Below are positions 11,154-21,421 of a DNA stretch of 64,000 nt, in pieces (within the stretch, counting starts at the first letter, position 1; each line of letters begins with the position of its first letter). The position numbers were made by a program, and so were the translations under genes. The DNA lies in the NCBI GenBank assembly GCA_965206645.1, contig CBDBKE010000004.1, positions 448,001 through 512,000 of the forward strand, given 5' to 3'. Below the pieces are notes generated by a model. The model searched no databases. It was not told where the DNA came from and saw only the letters and a list, made by a program, of their open reading frames with translations. Origin of the DNA: Terriglobia bacterium (GTDB taxonomy: Bacteria; Acidobacteriota; Terriglobia; JAJPHL01; JAPKYU01).

Positions 11154-11596
11154 CCGCCATTTCATAGGTTTGTGTCCCTTCTTCATCGCCGCTCCTGGGG
11201 GGTTGTTTCTGAGCCTTCCCGCAGGGATAAATGAGGACGTGAGCGACCCCATGGGGGCCGGTACAGAGGCGTGCCACGAACGCCATCTGTGCGGGACCGC
11301 ATGACCCCCCGGTTTTTGGGGGGGGCGCTCACGTCCCCCGCCTTTCTCCCGCGTCCGAAGCGGGAGGGCCGTTTCAAAGCAGATAACAACAGCGGAATGA
11401 GTCATATAGACTAATGTGGCCGTGGTAGACCTGAGCGAAAAGTCGTGCCACACCCCCCCCTCTGAGGGTGTGGCATCCTGGTACGGCGCTGGTGGCATGA
11501 AAAACTACCGATTTTCCCTCTCTCTCAGCCGATCTCATCCCGCTCCGCAAACCGCACGGCCCGCCATGTCGAATAGTCGTCAATCGAGACTCCTTC
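11154..11596 (-). pseudogene. remnant of a third ICE copy: 3' end of the wHTH gene, the full origin-like intergenic region and the first codons of the VirD4-like gene
   Basis: EGVSIDDYSTWRA matches the C-termini of 46022-46966 and 57293-58234; MKWR start; shares GAGCCTTCCCGCAGGGATAAATGAGGACG with 56959-56987. Confidence 0.85.
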
Positions 11597-11662
11597 GAGC
11601 CGCGCCGATCCGAGTCTCAGGCAGTCACCGTTTCGCGTCCTGCTGGTAGGCTGGATGCGCTC

Positions 11663-14495
11663 ATGACGCCGCACGAGTTCATCACCAAGTGGCGCGCTTC
11701 CGAACTGAAGGAGAGTTCGGCGTCGCAGGAACACTTCATCAACCTGTGCGAGCTGCTGGGCGAGCCAACACCGGCCGAAGCCGACCCGACCGGCGACCGC
11801 TACTGCTTCGAACGCGGAGCGCGCAAGGACACCGGCGGCGACGGCTGGGCCGACGTGTGGAAGCGGCACTGCTTCGCCTGGGAATACAAGGGCAAGCATG
11901 CGGACCTGGACGCCGCCTTCGCCCAACTCCGGCAATACGCGCTGGCGCTGGAGAACCCGCCGCTGCTGATCGTTTCGGATATGGCGCGGTTCCGCATCCG
12001 CACCAATTGGACCAACAGCGTGAGCGAAAAGCACGAGTTCGCGCTGGACGATCTCGCCGACGCGACCGTTCGAGACAAGCTCAAGTGGGCGATGTCCGAT
12101 CCCGACCGTCTGCGTCCGGGCGAGAGCCGACAGGCGCTGACCGAGCGTGCGGCGGAAACTTTCGCATCGCTGGCGCAATCGTTGCGGGAACGTGGACACG
12201 ACCCGCAGGCGGTGGCGCATTTCGTCAACCGGCTGGTTTTCTGCATGTTTGCCGAGGATGTGGGCCTGCTGGCCGACAACATATTCACCCGGATGCATGG
12301 AACATGCACACAAGCGTCCCGAGGACTTCGCTGCCCTGGCGCGGGACTTATTCGGGGCGATGGCCACCGGAGGCCGGATCGGGTTCGAGGCGGTGGCATG
12401 GTTCAACGGCGGACTGTTCGACGACGACACCGCCTTACCGCTGGACAAAACCGAGATCGATACAACGCTCAAGGCGTCGTCGCTCGACTGGTCGGAGATC
12501 GACCCGTCGATTCTTGGCACGCTGTTCGAGCGCGGGCTCGACCCGGACAAGCGCTCGCAGCTTGGCGCGCATTATACGGATCGCGACAAGATCATGCGGA
12601 TCATTGAGCCAGTGGTCATCCGTCCCTGGCTCGCGGAATGGGAGACGGCGAAGGCCGAGATTGCCGCCGGTCTCGAACGCGCGGATGCGGCCAAGTCGAG
12701 GCCGGCGCGGACGCGACAGCACAGGCAGGCGGAGCATCTGCTGCGCTCCTTCCTCGAACGGCTGCGGGATTTCACCGTGCTCGACCCTGCCTGCGGCTCG
12801 GGCAACTTCCTCTATCTCGCGTTGCACGCGCTCAAGGACCTGGAGCACCGGATGCAGTTGGAAGGCGAGGCGTTGGGCCTTCAGCGGGCTTTCCCAGCGG
12901 TCGGCCCAGCCAACGTCAAGGGGATCGAGATCAACGCCTACGCCGCCGAGCTCGCTCGCGTGTCGGTATGGATCGGCGAAATCCAGTGGATGCGGCGCAA
13001 CGGGTTCCATGAGTCACGCGACCCGATTCTCAAGCCGCTCGACACCGTCGAATGCCGCGACGCGATCCTGACGCCGGACGGCGGGGAGCCGGAATGGCCG
13101 GAATCCGATGTTGTGATCGGGAACCCACCGTTTCTGGGCAACAGAAAGCTCCGTAGCGAGTTGGGGTCCGTCTACACCGAAGCGCTGCAACGGACCTACA
13201 CGGGATTAGTCCGCGGTAAACCAGACCTGGTTTGCTACTGGTTCGCCAAGGCTGGACAACTCCTAGCAAAAGGCAATATCCAACGCGCCGGTTTAGTGGC
13301 GACGAACTCGATCCGTGGCGGTACCAATCGGGCAGTGCTAGACGAAATCCTAGAGGCCTCAACAATTTTCGCCGCTTGGTCCGATGAGCCCTGGGTGGTC
13401 GATGGTGCCGCCGTGCGGGTCTCGTTGGTCTGCTTCGCTTCGAAGAACGCTGGGCTACCCATATCCCTGAACAACGTCGAAGAATCGAGAATCAACGCGG
13501 ACCTTACGGCGGGGACCCTCGATCTCACGCGCGCAACTCCACTGAAACGAAGCAAGGGCGTTGCCTTCCAAGGTGATATCAAACGCGGTCCGTTCGACAT
13601 TCCCGGTGACATGGCCCGAGAGTGGCTCCGCTTGCCTGCCAATCCCAACGGTCGCCCGAATGCCGATGTTCTCAAGCCATGGGTCAATGGAATGGACTTG
13701 ACCCGCCGTTCATCGGGTAAGTGGATCATCGATTTCGGCGATACGATGAGCGAAGCCCAAGCCGCGCTTTACGAAGCCCCTTTCGGCTACATCGACGGGC
13801 ATGTGAAACCGGTGCGCCAGGAGAACCGAGAGAAGGCAAGCAGAGAGTTCTGGTTCAGACACTGGAACCCGCGCCCTGGTATGTGGCGAGCGCTCGACGG
13901 GCTGTCACGCTACATCGCCACGCCGACCCTCGCCAAGCACCGGCTGTTCGTCTGGTGCGACGCCCGCATCTGCCCCGATCATCAACTGATCGTCATCGCA
14001 CGCGACGACGATACGACATTCGGGATCCTGCACAGCCGGTTTCACGAGATCTGGTCGCTCCGACTCGGAACGAGCCTGGAGGATCGGCCGCGCTACACCC
14101 CGACCACCACATTCGAGACGTTCCCGTTCCCCGAAGGGCTATCGCCCGACATACCCGCGGCCAACTATGCGAATGATCCGCGTGCCGCCGCCATTGCGGC
14201 GGACGTGCAGCGGCTGGTCGAACTGCGCAACCGCTGGCTCAACCCGCCCGAATGGGTGGAATGGGTGGACGAGCCGGTTCCCGGCTATCCCAAGCGCCCG
14301 GTGCCCCGCGACGAAGACGCGGCGAAGGCGCTCAAGAAGCGCACGCTGACGAACCTCTACAACGCCCGGCCGCAATGGCTCGCCGATGCGCACGAGGCTC
14401 TTGACGCGGCGGTGGCTGCCGCGTACGGTTGGCCCGCCGACATCTCCGACGACGAGGTTCTCCGCGAGTTGCTGGCGCTCAACGGTGGCTGCTGA
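11663..14495 (+). pseudogene. MmeI-like (type IIL/IIG) restriction-methyltransferase with one frameshift near 12297
   Basis: N-terminal AD..WEYK nuclease motif; FNGGLF, GAHYT, LDPACGSGNFL, GNPPF and a TRD; split between ORFs 11663 and 12147 at FTRM/EHA. Confidence 0.88.
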
Positions 14496-14558
14496 GATGC
14501 AGTCTTGAGGGGAGCGAAACTGGCCCTGTCTTGTCTGGGGAACATGGGAGAATAGGGC

Positions 14559-14630
14559 ATGCAGCGTAAACGAGACGGCTTGGTTCCCATCGGGGAAGTC
14601 TTCTCTGATCTGAGCGGGCCGGTGGCGGCG
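14559..14630 (+). pseudogene. N-terminal stub of plasmid RepA (RepA_C-like)
   Basis: MQRKRDGLVPIGEVFSDLSGPVAA matches the start of the 17222-17444 fragment. Confidence 0.55.
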
Positions 14631-14707
14631 ATGTCGAATCCAGCCTGTTCGAATCCGAGGCTTAGGCCCCCTGCCCCCGCAAACAGGTCGACTCCGATCG
14701 GACGCAC
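14628..14707 (-). pseudogene. N-terminal stub of a C5 cytosine DNA methyltransferase
   Basis: RBS GGAGGT; MRPIGVDLFAGAGGLSLGFEQAGFD is motif I. Confidence 0.8.
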
Positions 14708-15119
14708 TTGTACCTCCCGCCCTATGCTAATTTGCCTGGCAGGTCTTCGCGATGGAGCCGATATCGATAGCCCCTAGCATGGAGACAACGTCGGACGAGC
14801 ATTTCCGGCTTCGTATCTTTGCTCTTAACGGCTTGCATGATACGCCGTCTTTGTTTGGGTGTTCGCGTGTCCATAAACAAAGACTGTCGGCGCGTATGAC
14901 GCGGGCCGATCCCCGCGTTGACGCTGCATGGCTTTTTATTCTCACATGCGCCTCAGAAGTAGAGCATATTGGCGTCAGGCAGAAGCAGCTAATAATGAAA
15001 CGGCCAGTTGAGTGACGACGATGAACTACAGGTGGATTTATCGCTCACGATTGAGTGGCGACCGCGATACGCGGCTTTGATTCTTCGGCGTCTGGAACGC
15101 TCTACTTTGGTCGACTTGG

Positions 15120-15407
15120 TCACTGTCTCTTCAACACCCGGCGCAGTACGTCATTGACCGCCGGGTTTCCCAATACGTCATGCGGCTTTCGCTTTTCCGG
15201 CGTCATTCGCGAGCGTTCTTGCCCTTCGCAAACTGGGCAATGCTTCTCGTGGTCCTCAGTTAGTCTGCTGACAATATCAGCCGGGTATTTCTCATCCTTA
15301 GTCGGAAAATCAGCCGCGCTGACGACCGCGACGGCGCCGCTTGCGATCAACTCGATGTGTTCCCCTTGAACCTCCGGCGGTGCGTCAACTAATACCATTC
15401 GTATCAT
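15120..15407 (-). CDS. hypothetical protein
   Basis: RBS AGGAGG upstream; 95-aa ORF. Confidence 0.5.
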   Translation of the reverse strand: MIRMVLVDAPPEVQGEHIELIASGAVAVVSAADFPTKDEKYPADIVSRLTEDHEKHCPVCEGQERSRMTPEKRKPHDVLGNPAVNDVLRRVLKRQ

Positions 15408-15718
15408 CTTGGATTCCTCCTAGTTCGTTGCCTGTTCGTTTCGCGCGCGCGGCATCGCGGATCGCCTTCATGCGCTCGATATCGGCATCCGGGATATCCG
15501 ACAGATCCTCAATCTGTTCGCCGTCTGAAACGTCGGCCACTCGCGCGACGGGCGGGAAGTTTTCAACGATGACGCGAGACGCGGCGCGAACTGCGGGTAC
15601 GCCGCCGTCGTCTAGCAGCTCGTTCGCGGCGTCAATGAGCCGTTTTCGAATCTGCACAAGCCCGATCTGAATGGCGTCCTGGCACTCGCGGACGGTGAAC
15701 TCGACGTAGGCGGCGCGG

Positions 15719-16966
15719 GTGTGGGCGGATGCCGACCCCATGCGAGCGATGCAGGCCATCTGCACGCCGGACACGTTACGGGCGCTGCGACGGCAGTACG
15801 TCAGCTTGCGCCGGGCGGATCGTCGGTTGCGTGAGCCGATGCGGGCCTGTGTGCGAACAGTCCGGGCGGTTGTGCGGGTGCTGGCGGGCGGCGAGAACCT
15901 CACACCTAATGACGCGCTCCTTGCCGTCCCTGTCTTCACGCGCGGGCTCGTTCCTGTCATGGCGGAAAGGGCCGTGGATACATCGGGCCTATCGGCACTC
16001 GCGTTCGCGTATGCGCGCCGGCCGAAGGCGGCAAACCTACAACGGCTTGATCCGATTCTGCCTCGTATCACGGTCGGCGCGGTAAACCCGGCGCGCGAAC
16101 GCGGCGAGCTGCTGCTTGCTGTGAACGGGCTGCCGGGGTTGCGAGAATCCGCGCTGCCGCTGTTTCCCGAAGTGGCCGACGATGACGCGATCGTACCGCT
16201 GCTAGAACTGGCGAACGTGGCGACGGGCGACCGGGCGGTATCCAGTGGACGCGGCGCGGCGCATGAGCTCCGGTTGGTGTTCGAGGCGCTAACCGCGCTA
16301 CCGCCGGGCGGCTACGCGGGCGGGGTGCCAGTCGCGTACACCGTAGAGGATCTGCTGCGGGCGTTCTATCGGGGCGGGGCGGCGAGCATGTATCGGAGTG
16401 GTGACCGGCCGGGCGACTGGGCTCAAATCCGGGCGGCGTGCGAGTGGATAGATCGGGCGGCGCTGCCGTGGCGCGTGCCGTCCGGTAACGTGCAATCCTG
16501 GTTTCTCATGCGGCTACGCACGCTGCCGGGAGATCGGCCGGCGCTGTCCGATCCGGTGGTGTTCGAGGTGGCACTGCCGCCGGGAAGCGAACACGGGCCG
16601 GCCGTGGATCGGCCGGCGCTACGTGTGGCTGGCCGGATATCGTCGCCGGCCTTCCGGATCGGGATCGCGGTACCTACGCTCACCTGGATACCGGGCTTGA
16701 CGCGCCGGCCAGTGAAAGGGCCGGGGGGCTTGTGGATCGGCGATGCGAGCCGCTACCCGGTGCTTTCGCGGCGTGACCGGCGGCGTATCGCGTTCGGGCC
16801 GGATGCCACGCATGACAACGCGCGGGTGGATCGCGCGTGGCGCAAGGCGGCGGACGCGGCGGGCGTCGTGATTCTGGACACAGAGGCCGTGGACCGGGTC
16901 GGCAAGCGCGGTTGGATCGTCGTGCCGGCGGCGGCGGCCAAAGCGATACGCAAGGCGACAAAGTAG
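15719..16966 (+). CDS. hypothetical protein, possibly a replication initiator of a small element
   Basis: 415-aa ORF with plausible codon usage, followed by a non-coding hairpin region; function is inferred from context only. Confidence 0.55.
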   Translation: MWADADPMRAMQAICTPDTLRALRRQYVSLRRADRRLREPMRACVRTVRAVVRVLAGGENLTPNDALLAVPVFTRGLVPVMAERAVDTSGLSALAFAYARRPKAANLQRLDPILPRITVGAVNPARERGELLLAVNGLPGLRESALPLFPEVADDDAIVPLLELANVATGDRAVSSGRGAAHELRLVFEALTALPPGGYAGGVPVAYTVEDLLRAFYRGGAASMYRSGDRPGDWAQIRAACEWIDRAALPWRVPSGNVQSWFLMRLRTLPGDRPALSDPVVFEVALPPGSEHGPAVDRPALRVAGRISSPAFRIGIAVPTLTWIPGLTRRPVKGPGGLWIGDASRYPVLSRRDRRRIAFGPDATHDNARVDRAWRKAADAAGVVILDTEAVDRVGKRGWIVVPAAAAKAIRKATK

Positions 16967-17221
16967 GTGGGGCCAACCGTTGCATTTAGGGGGGCTAAGT
17001 CCTTTGTTCGCTACAAATATTGGTCACGACGACCCCGACCTCGACAGAGGAGGGGAGGTACGGCGGGCCGGGCGTCCGCTTGAGGCTACCGCCCAACCCC
17101 CGCCGTACCTTCAACCGTGCTGCTAGACACCTTACCGGCCTGTTTACAGGGGTGCGACGGCCTGGCGCGGCCCGGCCCGCCGTCTATTCGGGGCGTCCGT
17201 GGCGTGAGCGATAATTCCCGT

Positions 17222-17444
17222 TAGCGCGCTTGTACTGAAGCCAGTTGCCGGGGTTGGTGCGGGGCAACGAGCAGAGCGCCATCATCCGCGCCATGAAACC
17301 AAGCTCCGGCTGCGCTTCGCTGGCCGAGACAAGCTGGTTTACCTGATCGAATCGGCTGTAGTGGTGGAGCGCCTGGGGCGAGGTGTCGCGGATCGCGGCC
17401 ACCGGGCCGTCCAGGTCGGAGAGAACTTCCGCAACCGGAACCAA
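17222..17444 (-). pseudogene. plasmid RepA (RepA_C-like) N-terminal fragment
   Basis: ELGFMARMMALCSLPRTNPG..YKRANG is typical of the RepA_C N-terminal region. Confidence 0.65.
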
Positions 17445-17525
17445 CTCGCAGTAGAAGCGGAAGGCGGCGTAGGCTTTGGCGGTTCCAGGGGTGCGGGGTG
17501 CCAGTCATGGCGACTATTGGGCCGA

Positions 17526-17753
17526 TCATGGTACCTCCGGGTCGGCCCCGATCAGCTTCGTCAATTCGATCACGGCTTTGTATTCGTCGCCGTCCTCACG
17601 CCGAACCTTGTAGATTTTGCCCGTGCTCGTATCGGTAGCAGTCAAAACAAGGGGTGCTGGTCCTTCGTTTATGGCGTCATGGTAGCCACGGACTCGGAAC
17701 CCGCGGTCTTCGATTTCTTTCACAGCGGCACGGGTAAGACTCAGCATGATCAC
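17526..17753 (-). CDS. small hypothetical protein
   Basis: 75-aa ORF with protein-like composition. Confidence 0.45.
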   Translation of the reverse strand: MIMLSLTRAAVKEIEDRGFRVRGYHDAINEGPAPLVLTATDTSTGKIYKVRREDGDEYKAVIELTKLIGADPEVP

Positions 17754-18092
17754 TCGCCGTTGATGACCTCAACTGGCGTGCATCCACTCTCATCGCAACG
17801 ACGGACTTCAGGCGGCTTCTCGCCCGGAAATGCGGTGCGTATCGTGTCTAGTCTTGGTACCAGGAGAAAGGCGCCTTCCACCTCAACTGGTTTACCTGAT
17901 CGGCAACGGTGAAGCCCCGTTGCGCCGGTGGTGGGGTTTTGCGGAGCGCCTGGCCCGGCCCGGGCTGTGTAATGATCCCGAACTAAAGAGAGGGCGTACT
18001 ATAGGCGTTTCTCTTCGAGAAACGCCGTGCGGCCAGTCTGCAAGCCCGTCCAGGCGGAATCAGAGATAGCCTCCGCCGAGAGGCGAGTCAAG

Positions 18093-18125
18093 CCGCTGGC
18101 GCGGCTCCTACGCTGCGCTACGGCC
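18093..18125 (+). repeat. 33-bp direct repeat, copy 1
   Basis: CCGCTGGCGCGGCTCCTACGCTGCGCTACGGCC, identical at 19194-19226. Confidence 0.9.
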
Positions 18126-18250
18126 TGCGCGAGTTGAAAAAATCAAGGACGCGTGGCCGGACCTGCACTATCGGACGGTCAAGGGCGCGCTCGTCATCGC
18201 GCCATCGCCGCCGTGTAATCGCACCGTCGCAACTGCGCCTAGTAGAATAG
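18125..18250 (+). pseudogene. RepA_C-like C-terminal fragment, frameshifted
   Basis: IKDAWPDLHYRTVKGALVIAPSPP..QLRLVE*. Confidence 0.55.
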
Positions 18251-18278
18251 CGCCAGTTGTTCCGAACAAAGTGTCTGT

Positions 18279-19049
18279 ATGGAATTCTGGGATCATCTTC
18301 TCGCCACCGGGGGGGGCGCAGCCATCGGCGTGTTGGCGGCCAAGCTCTGGCAGCGGTACCTGCAGCGCATGGTGACAATCCGATGGTCCGTGACCCATGA
18401 AACGCTTGCCGCCGGCGGTGACGACCCAAGATGGGGGCGCGTCGAAATACTTTTCAACGGTAATCCGGCCGGAAATCTGCTCCAGTGGTGCAGAGTTGAG
18501 ATCGAGAACGAAAGCGGCAGCCGCGACCTGTCGGACGTAGTCGTGAGTCTCCAGTACGATCAACCCGAGCCGGAGATTCTCAGTGGTGGCGGATCCCTTG
18601 AAGGCAGCAATCAGGGGCTCTTTTGGACCACCATGTTTGCCGCTGTGGTTACCAGCTATTTTGAGCTACCTGTTGCTGACCGGCCGCCATCAACCGACAT
18701 ATTTCGACGCCAGGACTTCGTAATCCCAGTACTGAATCGAGGCGCGAAGGCGATCTTTCTCTTTCTTGTCAGACCAAACATCTCGAACCAGACACTACGC
18801 GTCCACTGCGATCACCTCAGTGTGCGACTTAAGCATCGGCCCACGCGTCCACTGATCCTCGGCGTGGTTCAAACACGCGCCAGCTGGACCGGACTGGGCG
18901 TTGGAGCCCTGGTCGCCGGGGCCCTTGCGATGAGTCTCGCGAATATCTGGGTTGCCGTGTCCGTGGCGCTATTAGTGGGCTGGTTCGGGCAACTCGTAGG
19001 TGTCGCTGTGATCCGCGGGTGGCGAGGGCTTACGCGGGCGATAGGATGA
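18279..19049 (+). CDS. membrane protein (N-terminal TM, soluble beta-rich domain, two C-terminal TMs)
   Basis: 256-aa ORF, lower GC than its flanks, hydrophobic termini. Confidence 0.7.
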   Translation: MEFWDHLLATGGGAAIGVLAAKLWQRYLQRMVTIRWSVTHETLAAGGDDPRWGRVEILFNGNPAGNLLQWCRVEIENESGSRDLSDVVVSLQYDQPEPEILSGGGSLEGSNQGLFWTTMFAAVVTSYFELPVADRPPSTDIFRRQDFVIPVLNRGAKAIFLFLVRPNISNQTLRVHCDHLSVRLKHRPTRPLILGVVQTRASWTGLGVGALVAGALAMSLANIWVAVSVALLVGWFGQLVGVAVIRGWRGLTRAIG

Positions 19050-19193
19050 GTGTCGTCTTCTGGTAGACCGGTCCATGTGCCAGCGCCGCCAAGCCGAGCA
19101 GGGGCACGCTGAGGCCCAAGCAAGGCTCGGTTACACGGCGAGGTTACCCCGTGCCCGTCCCGCCGTCCTCCGCCCGTAAATCGCGCTCTTGGT

Positions 19194-19226
19194 CCGCTGG
19201 CGCGGCTCCTACGCTGCGCTACGGCC
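19194..19226 (+). repeat. 33-bp direct repeat, copy 2
   Basis: Identical to 18093-18125. Confidence 0.9.
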
Positions 19227-19574
19227 CTGCGGGTGACAGCGCCCCTCGGCTACGGCTCAAGCGGCTGGTATAACCGTTCATCATACGCTTAGCAACTCGC
19301 CCTCGCGCCACACGGCCCGAACCCCCCCTTTCCCCTCATAAATAGCCATCCGGGGCAGAGTGTCTGTCCAGTCCCGATGTCTTCACCCTCGACGCCGCAC
19401 AGCGTGATCGACTCGCTGCAGGACTCGCCCACCCAGTCCACGCGCAAGTGGCGATAACGTCCTTTCCCGGCGGAGCGCCTGGATGACCGCCTCGCGGACG
19501 GCGTTGCAAAAAACTATCGCCAATTGAATCTCTCCTGCAATACCGTTTCGCAACCCCCCAGCCCTTGAAAACCA

Positions 19575-19603
19575 GGGTCTATCCCCGCGTGTGCGGGGGA
19601 ACC
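19575..19603 (-). CRISPR. solitary type I-E-like CRISPR repeat (no array)
   Basis: GGTTCCCCCGCACACGCGGGGATAGACCC: 29 nt, CCCCGC/GCGGGG stem with a 4-nt loop, ATAGACCC handle; no second repeat 61 bp away on either side. Confidence 0.75.
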
Positions 19604-19777
19604 CTCCAAGAGCACCAACCGGGTCTTCTGCGCCCACAAGGGCGGCAAGAATAGCCGCGCCGCCCACCAGGATCATCCCACGTTTACGCATCTCCATCTT
19701 CCTTCCCGATCGCTAACGGCTATTCCACGAGGCGCAGTTTAGACGGCGGGATGCGCGGGGCCGAGGCGATCGCGCCG

Positions 19778-20263
19778 TCAGCAGCCATGTGTCTCATCAA
19801 CAACACATTCACAAGTTTCTTTAGGTTCCCCCATGAACCACACTCTGCGAAAACGACCTGCGCCACTGCTAAATAACTCTTGAATTGAAGAAATACTCAT
19901 GTCTGGCGGCTGCACGACTCGACCGGCTGTGTAGAAAAGAAGCTCGATTGGATATGCAGTCCGGTAGTTTTCAGATTTTTTTATTTTCTTCCTTGCGATT
20001 CCAGGTACGGGATCGTCCGACCAAATGCCTTTCGATACACCACCCGTCTGAGGTATATGGGAAATCTCTCTAGGAATTTCGGGAGAACAGACTTCAGCGA
20101 GTTCGAACTGAACGTATTCACCAGACACCTTGCAGAGCATGTCGGGCTCCGGAGGATCGCATTTTCTGACTGATTGGCGGTCAATCGGTAAACCAGAGCG
20201 CTTTGTAAAATCCTCGAACACTTGCATCTCTCTTGCTGCCTTTTTTTCATCGATGCCGCCCAT
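19778..20263 (-). CDS. hypothetical protein with a possible PD-(D/E)xK-like motif
   Basis: Low-GC 161-aa ORF; PEPDMLC...VQFELAE. Confidence 0.6.
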   Translation of the reverse strand: MGGIDEKKAAREMQVFEDFTKRSGLPIDRQSVRKCDPPEPDMLCKVSGEYVQFELAEVCSPEIPREISHIPQTGGVSKGIWSDDPVPGIARKKIKKSENYRTAYPIELLFYTAGRVVQPPDMSISSIQELFSSGAGRFRRVWFMGEPKETCECVVDETHGC

Positions 20264-20363
20264 GAAATTCTTCTGAGTGCTGTGGTGTTGCTGTGATGTT
20301 GACGTGGTTCGAAGGTGCGGGAACCGTTCACCCGACAGCGCGAATTGACATACTTTTGACCTA

Positions 20364-21329
20364 CTACAGATACTTGGCGACCGCCCCTTTTTCGGCCACC
20401 GCGCCGGCCGAGTAGTGAGCGACCATGCGGGCGGTTTTCCAGTTGCCGGCCAGCATGACTTCGGTTGTGGACGCGCCGCGCGCCGTCAGTTCGGACGCGA
20501 GCCCGACCCGGCCACTGTGCGCCGTCAAGCGCGCCTCGATGCCGGCGGCGCGGGCGGCCGCGGTGAAGCGGCGCTGAATCTGCAACGGCGACAACCCGAC
20601 CACCCGATCCGTGGGCGCGGCGTCGGGCCGGTCGGCGCGGACGGTGCGGATCGCTTTCGCGCCGCCGTTCTTCAGATACCGCACGTCGGCGGCGTCCCCC
20701 TCTTGATTCGTTTTCGAGGTACGCACGGTGAGAAGCACGCCGTCGCCGTCGCTGGCGTCCGTCACGTCGGCCCAGCGCAAGGCGGCGACTTCCGACCGCC
20801 GCAGCCCTCCCATGAACAGCAAGCCGGCGATCACGGCGTCGAGTCGGCCCCGGCGTTGCGCCGTGGTGTGGGATTCGACGCCCCGGCCGTCAGTGCGGGG
20901 ACGGTCGGCGGTGGCGAGAATCGCGGCGAGCCCGTTCGCGCTCAGCGGGGCGGCCTGGCCCCGGCCCCGGTCGGCGGCCGTGCGACGGTAGCCGCCCAAC
21001 ACGCGCGCGGTGCGTTCCCCGGCGGGGTCCGCCTGGCCGGCGAGCTTGGCCCGAAACCGGACGGCGGCGACGGCGAGGGCGGCGGTTGCGGGCGCGCGGC
21101 CCGCCTCGAAGATCGCGCCGAGGTAGGCGGCTAGCAGGGCGTCGTCAACCGGGGCGGTCCCCCGCCATGCGTCCAGGCGCGCCAGCGCGCCGAGGTAGGC
21201 GCGGCGGGTGTTGAGGCTGATAGAGGCGTCGGTGAGCTTACGGGTGGTCGGCGTGGCGACGGCCAGCGGCCCCGCCGTGTCGGGGCGTCGGGCGAGCGTG
21301 GCCGGTGCGGTCGGTGTAGTCTGAAGCAT
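20364..21329 (-). CDS. Cre-like tyrosine recombinase, copy 2
   Basis: R-K-HxxR-W-Y motifs intact; ends with TAG TAG. Confidence 0.92.
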   Translation of the reverse strand: MLQTTPTAPATLARRPDTAGPLAVATPTTRKLTDASISLNTRRAYLGALARLDAWRGTAPVDDALLAAYLGAIFEAGRAPATAALAVAAVRFRAKLAGQADPAGERTARVLGGYRRTAADRGRGQAAPLSANGLAAILATADRPRTDGRGVESHTTAQRRGRLDAVIAGLLFMGGLRRSEVAALRWADVTDASDGDGVLLTVRTSKTNQEGDAADVRYLKNGGAKAIRTVRADRPDAAPTDRVVGLSPLQIQRRFTAAARAAGIEARLTAHSGRVGLASELTARGASTTEVMLAGNWKTARMVAHYSAGAVAEKGAVAKYL

Positions 21330-21351
21330 AAGTAATTATCAATCATAAAAG

Positions 21352-21414
21352 AACCTGCCCCGCTTGTTGTTGGCTTGGGTCTCGACCGAAGCGGTACGGA
21401 CCCAATCTCGTGAG
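21352..21414 (+). pseudogene. RepA_C-like internal fragment
   Basis: NLPRLLLAWVSTEAVRTQSRE, the conserved RepA_C core motif. Confidence 0.65.
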
Positions 21415-21421
21415 GGAAAGC

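Noticed and set aside
19604-19660. Possible second CRISPR repeat starting GGGTCT at 19621
   Set aside because: Only 6 nt match and a 17-nt gap; not an array.
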